Of a DNA stretch of 64,000 nt, positions 48,364 to 61,952 are shown one piece after another (the first letter of the stretch is position 1; each line of letters begins with the position of its first letter). Made by a program: the position numbers and the translations under genes. Source of the DNA: Squalus acanthias (Eukaryota); the NCBI GenBank assembly GCA_030390025.1, contig CM059425.1:260400001-260464000 (forward strand), in the 5' to 3' direction. The notes below the pieces were generated by a model that searched no databases, was not told the origin of the DNA, and was given only the letters and a program-made list of their open reading frames with translations.

Positions 48364-50300
48364 CATAGAAACATAGAAGATAGGAGCAGGAGTAGGCTAT
48401 TCGGCCCCTCGAGCCTGCTCCGCCATTCAATGCGATCATGGCTGACCATCCAAACTCAGTACCCTGTCCCTGCTTTCTCCCCATATCCCTTGATCCTTTA
48501 GCCTTAAGAAATATATCCAACTCCTTCTTGAATATATTTAATGAGTTGGCCTCAACTGCCTTCTGTGGTAGAGAATTCCACAGGTTCACCACTCTCTGGG
48601 TGAAGAAATTCCTCCTCATTTCTGTCCTAAATGGCTTACCCCTTATCCTTAGACTGTGACCCCTGGTTCTGGACTCCCCGACCATCGGGAACATCCTTCC
48701 TGCATCTAGTCTGTCCAGTCCTTTCAGAATTTTATAAGTTTCAATGAGATCCCCTCTCATTCTTCTAAACTCCAGTGAGTATAAGCCCAATCGACCCAAT
48801 CTCTCCTCATACTTCATTCCTGCCATCCCAGGTATCAGCCTGGTGAATCTTTGCTGAACTCCTTCCATGGCAAGAACCTCCTTCCTCAGATAAGGTGACC
48901 AAAACTGCACACAATACTCAAGATGTGTTCTCACCAAGGCCCTGTACAACTGCAGCAAGACATCCTTGTTCCTGTACTCAAACCATCTCACTACGAAGGC
49001 CAACATACCATTTGCCTTCTTAACCGCCTGCTGCACCTGCATGCTTACCTTCAGCGACTGGTGCACAAGGACAACCAGGTCTCGTTGCACTTCCCCTTCT
49101 CCCAATCTATTGCCATTCAGATAATAATCTGCCTTCCTGTTTTTGACACCAAAGTGGATAACCTCGCATTTATCCACGTTAAATTGCATCTGCCATGCTT
49201 CAGCCCAATCACCCAACCTGTCCAAATCATCCTGGAGTTTCTCGGCATCCTTTTCACGGCACACACTCCCACCCAGCTTTGTGTCATCTGCTTTTTAATT
49301 TATTTCCTAGCTCCCTATATTCTGCTTGCAGGACCTCATCCCTCTTTCTAACTGTGTCGTTGGTACCGATATGGACCATGATCTCTGGCTGTTCACCCTC
49401 CCCCTTCAGAATGTCCTGCAGCCGCTCAGTGGCATCCTTGACCCTAGCACCAGGGAGGCAACATACCATCCTGGAGTCACGTCTGCGGCTACAGAAACGT
49501 CTATCTGTTTCCCTTACAATAGAATCCCCTATCACTATTGCTCTCCCACTCTTTTTCCTCCCCTCCTGTGCAGCTGAGCCACTCGTAGTGCCACGGACTT
49601 GGCTCTTGGTGCATTCCCCTGAGAAACCATCTCCCCCAGCAGTATCCAAAACGGAAAATCTGTTGGAGAGGGAGATGGACTCAGGGGACTCCTGCACTAC
49701 CTTACTAGTTCTTTTGCTCTGTCTGGCGGTCACCCATTCCCTGTCTGCCTGTGCACTCTTTAGCTGCGGTGTGAACACCTCGTTAAACGTGCTATTCACT
49801 AAGATTTCAGCCTTGTGGATGCTCCACAGTGACTCCTAGCCGCAGCTCCATCTCCGAAACACGGATTTCAAGTAGCTGCAGCTGGAGACACTTCCTCCAC
49901 ACGTGTTCGCCCTGGACACCAAAAGTGTCCCTGACTTCCAACATAGCACAGGAGGAGCACGCCATGGTACCGAGCTGCCCTGCCATGTCCTACCCTTAAT
50001 TTACTCCCTTTACTTCTTTTAAATTATAGAATATTAAATACACTAGGGACCTTACTTCACTTTAAACACTACTTACTCTAAACTAGAGACCTTACTTTTA
50101 CTTTAACAGCTGGACTGTAGAAATACTCACCAGGTCCTACTTACCAATCAGCTCCTTCCCTTGTGCCGATGTCACTTTTAATCTCTGACATCACTTTCGA
50201 ATGTTGCCTGTTGAGGTCCGCTCTCGCTGCTGCTCCCAATAGCTCGGTCTGGGCCTCGAGCCTCGGGCTTTATTTCCTCGCTCCTCCTTCGCCTGTTCCC
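48364..50300 (-). mobile_element. CR1 with a large internal deletion (ORF1 joined to the RT C-terminus)
   Basis: ORF1 esterase 49284..49799 abuts the DDTK RT segment at about 49285; 5' UTR to about 50300. Confidence 0.9.
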
Positions 50301-50769
50301 TCACAGGTCAGATAATCTGTTTTAATGACATTGGTTGAGGGATAAGTATTAGCCAGGATACCTGGAAGAACTCCCCTGCTATTCTTCAAATAATGCCATG
50401 GGATCTTTTACATCCACCTGAGAGGGCAGACGGGGCCTCTGTTTTACATCTCTTATGAAATATGGCACCTCCGACAGTGCAGCACTCAACCAGTACTGCA
50501 TGGAAATGCCAGCCTATATTAAGTCTCTGGAATGCGATTTGAACCTATGCCATTCTGGCTCAGAGGTGAGAGTGCTACCCACTGAGCCAGACTGACACAC
50601 AATCTCACTCCGCCTACAACAGTCACTGCACTCCAAAAAATACCAGTAATACATTGCCCGCAGCGCTGTAAGATGATGTGATATGATAAGGTGCTCCATT
50701 AATGGAAGTGTTCGGAGTTTACACCAGTGGACCGCCCCGTAGCATTACTCCCAGTGAATTGGAGGGAAC

Positions 50770-53085
50770 TATTAGGATTACACAGGATATACGGCACAGA
50801 AACAGGCCATTCGGCCCAACCAGTCTATGCCGGCATTTATGCTCCACTCGAGCCTCCTCCTGTCTTTTCTCATCTAACACTGTCAGCATAACCCTCTATA
50901 TTCCCTTCTCCCTCATACGCTTATCTAGCTTCCCCTTAAATGCATCTATACTATTCGCTTCAAACACTCCCTGTGGTAGCGAGTTCCACATTCTCACCAC
51001 TCTCTGGGTAAAGAAGTTTCTTCTGAATTCCCTATTTGATTTCTTGGTGACAATCTTATATGGATGGCCTCTAGTTATGCTCTTCCCCACAAGTGGAAAC
51101 ATTCTCTCTGTATCCACTCTATCAAAACCTTTCATAATTTTAAAGACCTCTATTAGGTCACCCCTCAGCCTTCTTCTTTCAAGCGAAAAGAGACCCAGCC
51201 TGTTCATTCTTTCCTGATATGTATACCCTCGCATTTCTGGTATTGTCCTTGTAAATCTTCTCTGCACCCTCTCCAGTGCCTCTATATCCTTTTTATAATA
51301 TGGAGACCAGAACTGTACGCAGTACTCTAAGTGTGGTCTAACCAAGGTTCGGTAGAAGTTTAGCATAACTTCACTACTTTTCAATTCTATCCCTCTAGAA
51401 ATAAACCCTAGTGCTTGGTTTGCTTTTTTGATGGCCTTGTTAACCTGTGTCGCTACTTTTATTGATTTGTGCATTTGTACTCCGAGATCCCTTTGCTCTT
51501 CTACTCCACCCAGACTCGCACCTTCCAAGTAATAAGTGACCTCCCTATTCTTCCTACCAAAATTTGCCAATATTATGCCCATTCTGCAAGTTTATTAATG
51601 TCCTCCTGTAATTTGTTGCAGTCCTCCTCAGTATTAACTATCCCCCCCGATTTGGTGTCGTCCACAAACTTAGAAATTGTGTTTTTGATTCCAAAGTCTA
51701 AATCGTTAATGTAAATTGTGAACAGCAGTGGTCCCAGCACTGATCCTTGTGGAACACCACTACCCACCTTCTGCCACTCTGAATAGCTGCCCTTTACTCC
51801 CACTCTCTGCTTTCTGTCTTGAACCAGCTAACTATCCATTCTGCTACTTGTCCCCTGACTCCACATTCTCTGACCTTATTCATTAGCCTATTATGTGGTA
51901 CCGTATCGAAGGACTTTTGAAAATCTAGATAAATTACATCTACTGCATCACCCTTGTCTATTCTCTCTGTTACCTCTTCAAAAAATTCAAAGAGGTTGGT
52001 CAAGTAAGACTTTCCCTTTTGAAATCCATGCTGACTATTCATTACCATATTTTTGACTTCTAGATGTTCTTCTATTTTCTCCTTTAGTAGGGATTCCATT
52101 ATTTTTCCTACCACCGATGTTAAGCTGACAGGTCTATAATTCCCTGGACATGTTCTATCCCCCTGCTTACATATAGGTATTAGGTTAGCGAAGCACCAGT
52201 CATCTGGCACTATACCTTTTTCTAATGAATTATTAAATATGTGTACTAATGTCTCTGCTATCACTTCCCTAGATTCTTTTAAAATGCACAGATTTAATCC
52301 ATCTGGACCAGGGTTCTTTCCTCTTTGAATTTGATTAGTTTATTTAATATATCTCCTCTTTTTATTTTAAATGCAGTTATTTTATTACTAATCACATGAT
52401 CCAATGTCATGTCCACCTGTTCTATCTTCCTGGTAAATACTGAGGCAAAGTAATTATTTAATATTTCTGCCGTCTCTCTATCACTGTCTGTGGTATTATC
52501 CTGTCTATCCCTTAGTGGCCCTATTCCCATCCCGACCTTCCTTTTTTTATTGATGTGCCTGTAAAATATTTTACTATTATGTTTTATGTTCCTTGATAAT
52601 TTAATTTCATAGTTCCTCTTTGCCTTCCTAATTGATTTTTTGACTTCTCTCCTAATCCCTTCATATTCTCCCTTATCATGCTCTCCCCTGCTGTCCATGT
52701 ACTCAATGTATGCCTCTTTCCTTACCCTCAATTTTTCCCTTATGGCTTTATTCATCCACGGTGTCTCATTAGCGTTTAGCTTGCTCTTGTTTTTTAGCGG
52801 AATATATTTTTCCTGAACTCTGTTGAATACCGTTTTAAATTATTCCCATTGCTGTTCTACGTCATTGTTTGCCAATATTGTTGTCCATTTTATTTTCCCA
52901 AGTTCTATTCTCAGCCTCTCAAAATCAGCTTTTATCCATTCTATTACTCCGGTCTTTGTCATACCTATGTCCTTCTCGATTATTATTTTGAAGCGTATTA
53001 TATTATGGTCACTATTGCCTAGATTTTCCCATATTTTTACTTCTCTTATCTGCTCTGGTTCATTCCCCATTACTAGATCATTACT
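50770..53085 (-). mobile_element. Degenerate CR1 ORF2
   Basis: Collinear ORF pieces 50896..53070. Confidence 0.9.
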
Positions 53086-53505
53086 ACTTTTATAATGACG
53101 GAAGAATCATCAGGTCACAAACATTACTTTCAGCGCTAAGTTTCTCAGCCAGCACGAGGTCCAGATGGCCGACAGGAAGATTGCCAAAAGGAATTTGAAG
53201 TGATTTGATTGGCTGCACTTCTCCTCCCTGCTGCTGGTAAGTGAAGCTGCTGATTTCCGATTGGAAGTTCTATCAGAATGATCATTCTCATTCCTTGTTG
53301 CTCTCTCTTCTGTCGGACACATTCCGTTCCTGTTCAGTTGTGATTTCTTGCTCTTTCATCAGTGTGAAGTCTGAGCCAATCAGGTGTAAGTGAGTAAAGT
53401 GCCCTTTATTAAACTGACCTCCTGTTATAATTCCCTGTTTACGAAGCCCCTGAAACTGGCCTTGTGAAATGCCCGAGCTTACAAAAAGAGCTACAGTCAC
53501 TCTTC

Positions 53506-53524
53506 AGCCACTAGATGGTGGTGT
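53506..53524 (+). promoter_or_regulatory. Putative CTCF site
   Basis: agccactagatggtggtg closely matches the CTCF core CCASYAGRKGGCRS; weaker second match at 53633-53647. Motif only. Confidence 0.45.
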
Positions 53525-53899
53525 GGCATTACCTATTATCCGACATCGATCCATCTATGAATCTATTTAATTCTCTACCTATGTAGAGTTTCCATTCCCG
53601 CCCAATCGCTGTAAGGTCAAACACAGGCCGCCACCAGCAGAGAGCAGAGGGAAGTCTTCCTGCGGCAAACTCCAACCATTCGTGCACCAACTTCATTTTT
53701 CTGACCTCGTTTCCGTTGGTTGCAGGAAGTGTTCACACATCTTTTGGTCATCTCTTGACGTCCACGTCTGGCCAGTGTATTAAGCGCTCCGTCCATTCCT
53801 TCACCCTGTGCTCCACGAGGATGCCATCATGCCATGACCCCGCTTAATCCAGCAAGGTCAGCAGGCCAATGCATCAGTGTGGGAGGCCCAGTCAGTGCC

Positions 53900-54540
53900 T
53901 CGATCATCAGACAAAGAGTCATCGAAAAGGCTAATGGAATGTTGGCCTTTATCTCAAGGGGGCTGGATTACAAAGGGGAGGAAAGCTGCTTCAGGTGAAC
54001 AGAGCCTTGGTCAGTCTCTATCTGCAGTACTGAGTTCAGTTCTGGGCACCGCACCTCAGGAAGGATATATTGGCCTTGAGGGGCTGCAGCGCAGATTCAC
54101 CAGAATGATACTGGGGCTAAAAGGGTTAAATTACGAGAATAGGTTGCATAGACTAGGCTTGTACTCCATTGAGTGTGGAAGGTTGTGGGGCGTCTAACTG
54201 AGGTGTTTCAAATGTTAGAGATAGCGAGAGGTTAGAGAAGTATTTCCCCTGGTGGAGGAATCCAGATTAACGGGAAATTGTATTAAAATTAGGCCAATCA
54301 GGAGTGAAATCAGGAAGCACCCTTTCACACAAAGGGTTGTGGAAATCTGGAACTCTCTCTGACAAAAGGCTGTGGATTAATTGCAATTTTCAAGACTGTG
54401 ATAGATTTTTGTTATGTAAGGGTATCAAGGGATATGGAGCAAGGGCGGGTAAATGGAGTTAAGATGCAGATCAGCCATGATATCATTGAATGGTGGAACA
54501 GGCTCGAGGAGCTGAATGGACTTCTCCTGTTCCTCTGTAA
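53900..54540 (+). mobile_element. Old CR1 3' fragment
   Basis: GLQRRFTRMI..LGLYS; 3' stem-loop. Confidence 0.75.
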
Positions 54541-55668
54541 GGTCATCAAAACACTCCATCAGTGTGGGAACGTGTGAAAGTGACTCAATTGTGAACTGAT
54601 TTTCCTTTAATGACTGGAAAATCATTCTTCGCACATGAGGTCCTGTAACAAATTGAGCTTTCTAGTGATCAAAGATGGAATTGCTTTTAAATACTGCATG
54701 ATAACATAACAAATAGGAGCAGGAGTGGGCCATACGGCCCCTCAAGCCTGCTCCACCATTCATAAGAACATAAGAACATAAGAAATAGGAGCAGGAGTAG
54801 GCCAATTGGCCCCTCGAGCCTGCTCCACCATTCAATAAGATCATGGCTGATCTTCTACCTCAACTCCACTTTCCCGCCCGATCCCCATATCCCTTGATTC
54901 CCTTAATATCCAAAAATCTATCGATCTCTGTCTTGAATATACTCAACGACTGAGCATCCACAGCCCTCTGGGGCAGAGAATTCCAAAGATTCACCACCCT
55001 CTGAGTGAAGAAATTTCTCATCATCTCAGTCCTAAATGGCCGACCCCTTATTCTGAGACTGTGACCCCTGGTTCTAGACTCCCCAGCCAGGGGAAACATC
55101 CTCCCTGCATCTACCCTGTCAAGCCCTGTAAGAATTTTGTATGTTTCAATGAGATCACCTCTCATACTTCAAAACTCTAGAGAATATAGGCCTAGTCTAC
55201 TCAATCTCTCCTCATAGGACAATCCCTCATCCCAGGAACCAGTCTGGTGAACCTTCGTTGCACTCCCTCTATGGCAAGTATATCCTTCCTTAGTTAAAGA
55301 GACCAAAACTGTACACAATACTCCAGGTGTGGTCTCACCAGGGCCCTATATAATTGCAGCAAGACGTCTTTACTTTTATACTCAAATCCTCTTGTAATAA
55401 AGGCCAACACACCATTTGCTTTCCTAATTGCTTGCTGTACCTGCATGTTAACTTTCAGTGATTTGTGTACAAGGACACCCAGGTCCCTCTGAACACCAAC
55501 ATTTTCCAATCTTTCACCATTTAAAAAATACACTGCTTTTCTATTTTTCCTACCAAAATGGATAACATCACAAAAGCAAAATACTGCGGATGCTGGAAAT
55601 CTGAAATAAAAACAGAAAATGCTGGAAACACTCAGCAGGTCAGGCAGCATCTGTGGAGAGAGAAACAG

Positions 55669-55705
55669 AGTTAACGTTTCAGGTCGATGACCCTTCGTCA
55701 GAACT
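55669..55705 (-). ncRNA. Minimal hammerhead ribozyme in a Penelope pLTR
   Basis: agtt-CTGACGA-agggtc-atc-gacct-GAAA-cgt-t-aact. Confidence 0.7.
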
Positions 55706-55821
55706 GGAAATAGTTGGAGATGTAAGAGGTTTTTAAGCAAGTGTCAGGTCAGGGAGAGGGGGGAGGAGAGGAAAGAACAAAAGGGAAGGTCTGTGATAGG
55801 ATGGAAGGCAGGAGAGATTAT

Positions 55822-56697
55822 GGCCGTAATTTTATCGGCACTGAGAGGGCGGGTTTGGAGGCGGGTCAAAAGTTAAAATCGTTTTGATTGATGGTGGGTT
55901 CCGATCCCACCGTCAACCCGCCTCCAAACAATTTTCCCAAGTGTCTGGTCCCCGATTTGCGCATGGACCCGACACCTCGCGGCGGGAGGAGGATTAAAGC
56001 CACTTACCTGCCTGTTAACAGGTAGTTGAGAGTAGTTGACAGGCTATTTTTTAATTTTGCCGCTTCTGCCTCGGGCTTTCCGACGTCCGGACACCACGCC
56101 AGGTAAGTGTGGCGTGTTGTGAGTCTGCTGTAATGTTTCTGGCTTGATGACAGCTGCAGAAGTGGTGTGAAGGATCCAATGGTGCACTGGTGAGTCTCAG
56201 AGGTAAGAACATGTTGGGAAATGCATTTTTAATGCATTTGCACATTTATTAAGGTAACAAGTTTTGAAAACAATGTCCAGTGCCACCTCATTGGGAGAAC
56301 CTCTCTCACCAGTGACAGAGCGCTTCTGTCATCTCACCTGCAGCTGCCATCTGTTCCAGCCTATGGAAGGAGTCACTGGAGAGCCTTGGTGCAGGAGCTC
56401 ACCTTTGTACAGTGATTGTCAGTGTTTGCAGCACCTCAATGCTGTCAAACACTGAGAAATAAGCTATCAAAGAAAAATTGTGCGTGGTCCCTTTAAGAAA
56501 ACCGGCAGATGACACATCATCAAATGACATCATCTGACTGGCTTTTTCTTAATTGGCTGGCAAGCCCGCAAGGCGGGCTTAACAAGGTCAATCAAGGCAA
56601 AATTACGTCCGTGGGCCGGATATAGTTGGGGGCAGGACTGGAAGCTGGAAACCACCTGACCCGCTCCCAACCCGCATACAATGACAAAATCGCGGCC
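55822..56697. mobile_element. MITE (PIF/Harbinger-like) inserted in the Penelope pLTR
   Basis: Imperfect TIRs ggccgtaattttatc / gacaaaatcgcggcc; TSD tat/taa; Penelope sequence resumes after it. Confidence 0.7.
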
Positions 56698-58641
56698 TAA
56701 GAGACAAAAGGGATGATGGTGCGAGGCAAAAGGAGATGGTAATGGGACAAGTTAAGAAACAAAAGATGGCTCTCGATGAAGTGTAAATGGTAATGGCAGA
56801 ATGATCGACAGCTGCCATGTGAGAGAGAGAAAAAAAATGATAGGGGCAGAGGTTATGGTTTGAAATCGTTGAACTCGATGTTGAGTCCAGAAGGCTGTAA
56901 AGTGCCTATTCGAAAGATGAGGTGCTGTTCCTCGAGCTTACATTGAGCTTCATTGGAACAGTGTAAGCGGCCGAGGACAGAGAGATCAGAGTGAGAGTGG
57001 GAGAATTAAAGTGACAGGCGACCGGAAGCTCAGGGTCACCCTTACTGACTGAATGGAGGTGTTCCGCAAAGCGATCACCCAATCTGCGTTTGGTCTCCCC
57101 AATGTAGAGGAGACTGCATCGTGAGCAGCGAATACAGTATACTAAATTGCAAGCAGTACAAGTAAATCGCTGTTTCACCTGGAAGGGGTGTTTGGGGCCC
57201 TGGACAGTGGGAAGGGAGGAGGTAAAAGGGCAGGTGTTGCATCTCCTGCGCTTGCACGGGAAGGTGCCAGGCGAAGGGGAAGAGGTATTGGGGGTGATTG
57301 AGGAGTGGACCAGGGTGTCGCGGAGGGAGTGGTCCCTTCGGAATGCTGAAAGGGGAGGGGAAGGGAAGATATGTTTGGTGGTGGGGGTCACGCTGGAGGT
57401 GGCGGAAATGGCGGCGGGTGATCCGCTAAATGTGGAGGCTGGTGGGGTGAAAGGTGAGGAGAAGGGGAACCCTATCGTGGTTCTGGGAGGGAGGGAAGGG
57501 GTGAGAGCAGAAGTACGGGAAATGGAACGGACATGGTCAAGGGCCGTGTCAACCACAGTAGAGGGGAATCCTCGGTTGAGGAAAAAGGAAGACATGTTGG
57601 AAGCACGAGTATGGAAGGTGGCATCATCAGAGCAGATGCGGCAGAGACGGAGAAACTGGGAGAATGGAATAGAGTCCTTACAGGAAGCGGGGTGGGAAGA
57701 AGTGACGTACAGGTAGCTGTGGGAGTCAGTGGGCTTGTAGTGGATGTTTGTCAATAACCTATCCCCAGAAATGGAGACAGAGAAGTCGAGGAAGGGAAGG
57801 GAAGAGTCAGAGATGGACCATGTGAAGGTGAGGGAAGGGTAGAAATTGGAAGCAAAGTGAATGAAATTTTCTAGTTCAGGGCGAGAGCAGGAAACAGCAC
57901 CGATACAGTCATCAATGTACCGGAAAAAGAGGTGAGGGAGGGGACCTGAGTAGGACTGGAACAAAGAATGTTCCACATATCCCATGAAAAGGCAGGCACA
58001 GCTAGGACCCATGCAGGTTCCCATAGCAACACCTTTGATTTGGAGGAAGTGAGTCGAGTCAAAGGAGAAGTTGTTCAATGTGAGAACAAGTTCAGCCAGG
58101 CGGAGGAGGGTGGTGGTGGGTGGGGACTGGTTGGGCCTCTGTTCAAGGAAGAAGCGGAGCCCCCTCAGGCCATCCTGGTGGGGGATGGAGGTGTAGAGGG
58201 ATTGGACGTCCATAGTGAAAAGGAGGCGGTTGGGGCCGGGAAACTGGAAACTGTTAAAGTGGCGGAGGGCGTCGGAAGAGTCGCGGATGTAGGAAGGTGG
58301 GAAGAGACTGTACAAGGGGAGAAAAAATAGAGTCGAGATAGGAAGAGATAAGTTCCGTGGGGCAAGAACAGGCTGAAATGATAGGTCTACCAGGGCAGTC
58401 CTGTTTGTGGATCTTGGGAAGGAGGTAGAAGTGGGCTGTGCCGGGTTGGGGAACTATGAGGTTGGCGGTCATGGAGGGAAGATCTCCAGAGGAGATGAGG
58501 TCAGTGACAATCTTGAAAACAGTGGCTTGATGTTCGATAGTGGGGTCATGGTCCAGAGCGAGGTGGGAGGAGGTGTCGGAGAGTTTAGAAAATGCTGGAA
58601 ATACTCAGCAGGTCAGGCAGCATCTGTGGAGAGAGAAAGAG

Positions 58642-58678
58642 AGTTAACGTTTCAGTTCGATGGCCCTTCATCAGAACT
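58642..58678 (-). ncRNA. Degenerate hammerhead copy in a pLTR
   Basis: CTGATGA..GAAACGTT core; stem II mismatched. Confidence 0.5.
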
Positions 58679-58949
58679 GGAAAAAGTTGGAGATGTAACA
58701 GATTTTTAAGCATGTGTAGCAGCTATCAATCATTCTACCATTGCCATTTACACTTCATCTAGAGCCATTTTTTGTTTCTTAACTTGTCCCATTACCATCT
58801 CCTTTTGCCTTGCACCATCATCCCTTTTGTCTCTTAATCTCGCCCACCTTCCATCCTATCACAGACCTTCCCTTTTGTTCTTTCCTCCCCTCCCCCCTCT
58901 CCCTGCCTCTACACTTGCTTAAAAACCTGTTACATCTCCAACTTTTTCC

Positions 58950-58986
58950 AGTTCTGACGAATGGTCATCAACCTGAAACGTTAACT
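58950..58986 (+). ncRNA. Degenerate hammerhead copy in the inverted pLTR
   Basis: CTGACGA..GAAACGTT core; stem II mismatched. Confidence 0.5.
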
Positions 58987-60464
58987 CTGTTTCTCTCTCC
59001 ACAGATGCTGCCTGACCTGCTGAGTACTTCCAGCATTTTCTGTTTTTATTTTGGATAACTTCACATTTCTCCACATTATATTCCATTTGCCATGTTTTTG
59101 CCCACTCACTTAGCCTGTCTATATCCCCTTGCATCCTCCTCACAACTTACATTCCCACCCAGCTTTGTATCATCAGCAAACTTGGATATATTACCTTTGG
59201 TCCCCTCATCCAAATCATTGATGTAGATTGTGAATAGCTGAGGCCCAAGCACTGATCCTTGCGGTACCCTACTAGTTACAGCCTGCCAACCCGAATATGA
59301 CCCATTTATTCCTACTCTCTGTTTTCTGTCCATTAACCAATCCTCAATCCATGCTAGTATATTACCCCCAATCCCATGAGCCTTAATTTTGTTTAATAAC
59401 TTGTGTGGCACCTTATTGAATGCCTTCTGAAAATTCAAATACACCGCATCTGCTAGTTACAACCTCAAAAAACTCTAATAGATTTGTCAAACATGATTTC
59501 CCTTTCATAAATCCATGTTGACTCTGCCCAATCCTATTATTATTTTCTAAGTGCCCTGTTACCACATCCTTAATAATAGGTTCTCGCATTTTCCCTACTG
59601 CTGATGTCAGGCTAACTGGTCTGTAGTTCCCTGTTTTCTCTCTCCCTCCTTTCTTAAATAGTGGGGTTACATTTGCTACCTTCCAATCCGCGGGACCTGT
59701 TCCAGAATCTATGGAATTTTGGAAAATGACATCCAATGCATCCACTATCTCTATAGCCACCTCTTTCAAAACCCTAGGATGTAGGCCATCGGGTCATCAG
59801 GATTTATCAGCTTTCAGTCCCATTAATTTCTCCAGTACTATTTTTTTACTAATACTAATTTCTTTCAGTTCCTCATTCTCGCTGGACTTTGGTTCTCCAC
59901 TATTTCCGGGAAGTTTTTTGCATCTTCTTCCATGAAGACAGACACAAAGTATTTGTTTAATTTCTCTGCCATTTCCTTATTGGCCATTATAATTTCTTCT
60001 GTCTCAGCCTGTAAGGGACCCACATTTACTTTTGCTAAACTTTTCCTTTTTACATAACTATAGAAGCTTTTACAGTCTGCTTTTATGTCTCTCGCTAGTT
60101 TACTCTCATATTCTATTTTCCCTTTCTTTATCAATTTCTTGGTTCTCCTTTGCTGAATTCTAAAATCCTCAGGCTTACTACTCTTTTTGGCAGCATCATA
60201 AGCCTCTTCCTTTAATCTAATACTATTATTTAACTTCTCTTGTTAGCCACGGTTAGACCACTTATCCTGTAGGGTTTTTGTGCCTTAAAGGAATGTATAT
60301 TTGTTGTAAATTATGTATTAATTCTTTAAATGCTAGCCATTGCTCGTCCACTGTCATACCTTTTAATGTAGTTTCCCAATCTACCTTCGCCAACTCACCC
60401 CTCATACCTACGTAGTTTGCTTTGTTGAAATAAGATATAAATCTTTACATGATGTCGGAAATGA

Positions 60465-60886
60465 GATACATAGAAACATAGAATCTAGAAGCAGGAGTAG
60501 GCCATTCGGCCCGTCGAGCCTGCTCCGCCATTCAATACGATCATGGCTGATCATCCAAATCCAGTACCCTGTCCCTGCTTTAATCCCCACAGTACACATA
60601 TCCCACCCTACCCCCGTAACCCCACGTATTTAATTCCCCCTAACATATCCCATCCCCATAACCCCACATATTTAATACCCCCCTAACACTAAGGGTCAAT
60701 TTATCACAGCCAAATCAACCTAACCCACACATTTTTGGACTGTGGGAGGAAACCGGAGCACCCGGAGGAAACACACGCAGACACGGGGAGAATGTGCAAA
60801 CTCCACACAGACAGTCACCCGAGGTCAGATTTGAACCCGGGTCTCTGGCGCTGTGAGGCACCAGTGCTAACCACTATGCCACCGTG
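60465..60886 (-). mobile_element. V-SINE with a CR1 tail
   Basis: Reverse complement of the 41221-41640 family. Confidence 0.88.
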
Positions 60887-61658
60887 TTACATATCCACTA
60901 AATCTGAGATCAGTAAGAGCAAACCTGAGCAACAAACTAAAGCTGAGATTAGGCAGACTGAACTGGAACAGAGACACCTAGCCAGAATCAAATCAGGAGT
61001 GTGTTGGTAATAGTCACCACTTGCCTGGGCAGGTGCCGCCGCAACAACACTCAAGAACCTCGGTATCATCCAGGACAGAGAAGTCCACTTGATTGCAGCC
61101 TCTGTCACGAGACTCAATATCCATCGTCTCCACCACCAGCTCACAGTGACAGATACCGTCGATAGGATGCACTGACACAACTCACTAAGGTTATTCTGAT
61201 TTCACCTCCTCGGCCCGCGTGACCTCAACGACCGAGAAGGACAGAGCAGGAGTGTCATGGGAAACTCCTCACCTCCAAGTTTAATTTCAAGTCACGCACC
61301 ATCTTGACTTGGACATATGTCATTGTTTCTTCACTGAGGCTGGGTCAAAACCCTGAAATTCCCGACCTAACACCATCTCAGGGACTGCATTTTTTTTTAG
61401 GGGATGTGGGTTTTGTTGTCGTTGGCAAGGCCAGCATTTATTGCCCATCCCTAATTGCCCTTGAGAGGGTGGTGGTGAGCAGCCGCCGTGAACCACTGCA
61501 GTGATACTTCTTTGTAGTGGTTTGGTACAACTCAGAGGGCAGTTAAGAGTTAACCACATTGCTGTGGGTCTGGAGTCACATATCGGCCAGACCGGGTAAG
61601 GACAGCAGATTTCCTTCCCTAAAAGACATTAGTGAGCCAAATGGGTTATTATGACAAT

Positions 61659-61808
61659 GATGCGGAGATGCCGGTGTTGGACTGGGGTGGACAAAATTGA
61701 GAGGTCGCACAACACCAGGTTATAGTCCAACAGTTTTATTTGAAATCACTTTGGTGATTTCAAATAAATCTGTTGGACTATAACCTGGTGTTGTGCGACG
61801 TCTCAATT
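61659..61808. mobile_element. Short palindromic Penelope-derived element lacking the hammerhead core
   Basis: Same arms as 7392-7568; 13-bp TSD ttattatgacaat at 61646-61658 and 61809-61821. Confidence 0.8.
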
Positions 61809-61952
61809 TTATTATGACAATCCAGTAGTCACCATTACTGATACTAGCTTTTTATTCCAAATTTATTTAATTGACTGAATTCAAATTCCACAGTTGCCAT
61901 GACTGGGACTTGAACTTGGGTCTACACAGACCTCAAGAACTACTAATACGAT

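Larger units (their letters stand above)
55573..59051 (-). mobile_element. Penelope-like element (RT plus GIY-YIG), degenerate, with direct and inverted pLTRs
   Basis: MDVQSLYT..GVAMG..RYIDD RT and NLVYCIRC..LYIGET GIY-YIG (56906..58315); 14-bp TSD tggataac(a/t)tcaca at 55559-55572 and 59052-59065. Confidence 0.93.
54700..60430 (-). mobile_element. CR1 ORF2 split by a Penelope insertion (parts 54700-55572 and 59052-60430)
   Basis: RT frame continues across the insertion (KCEVI|HFGRKN). Confidence 0.88.
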
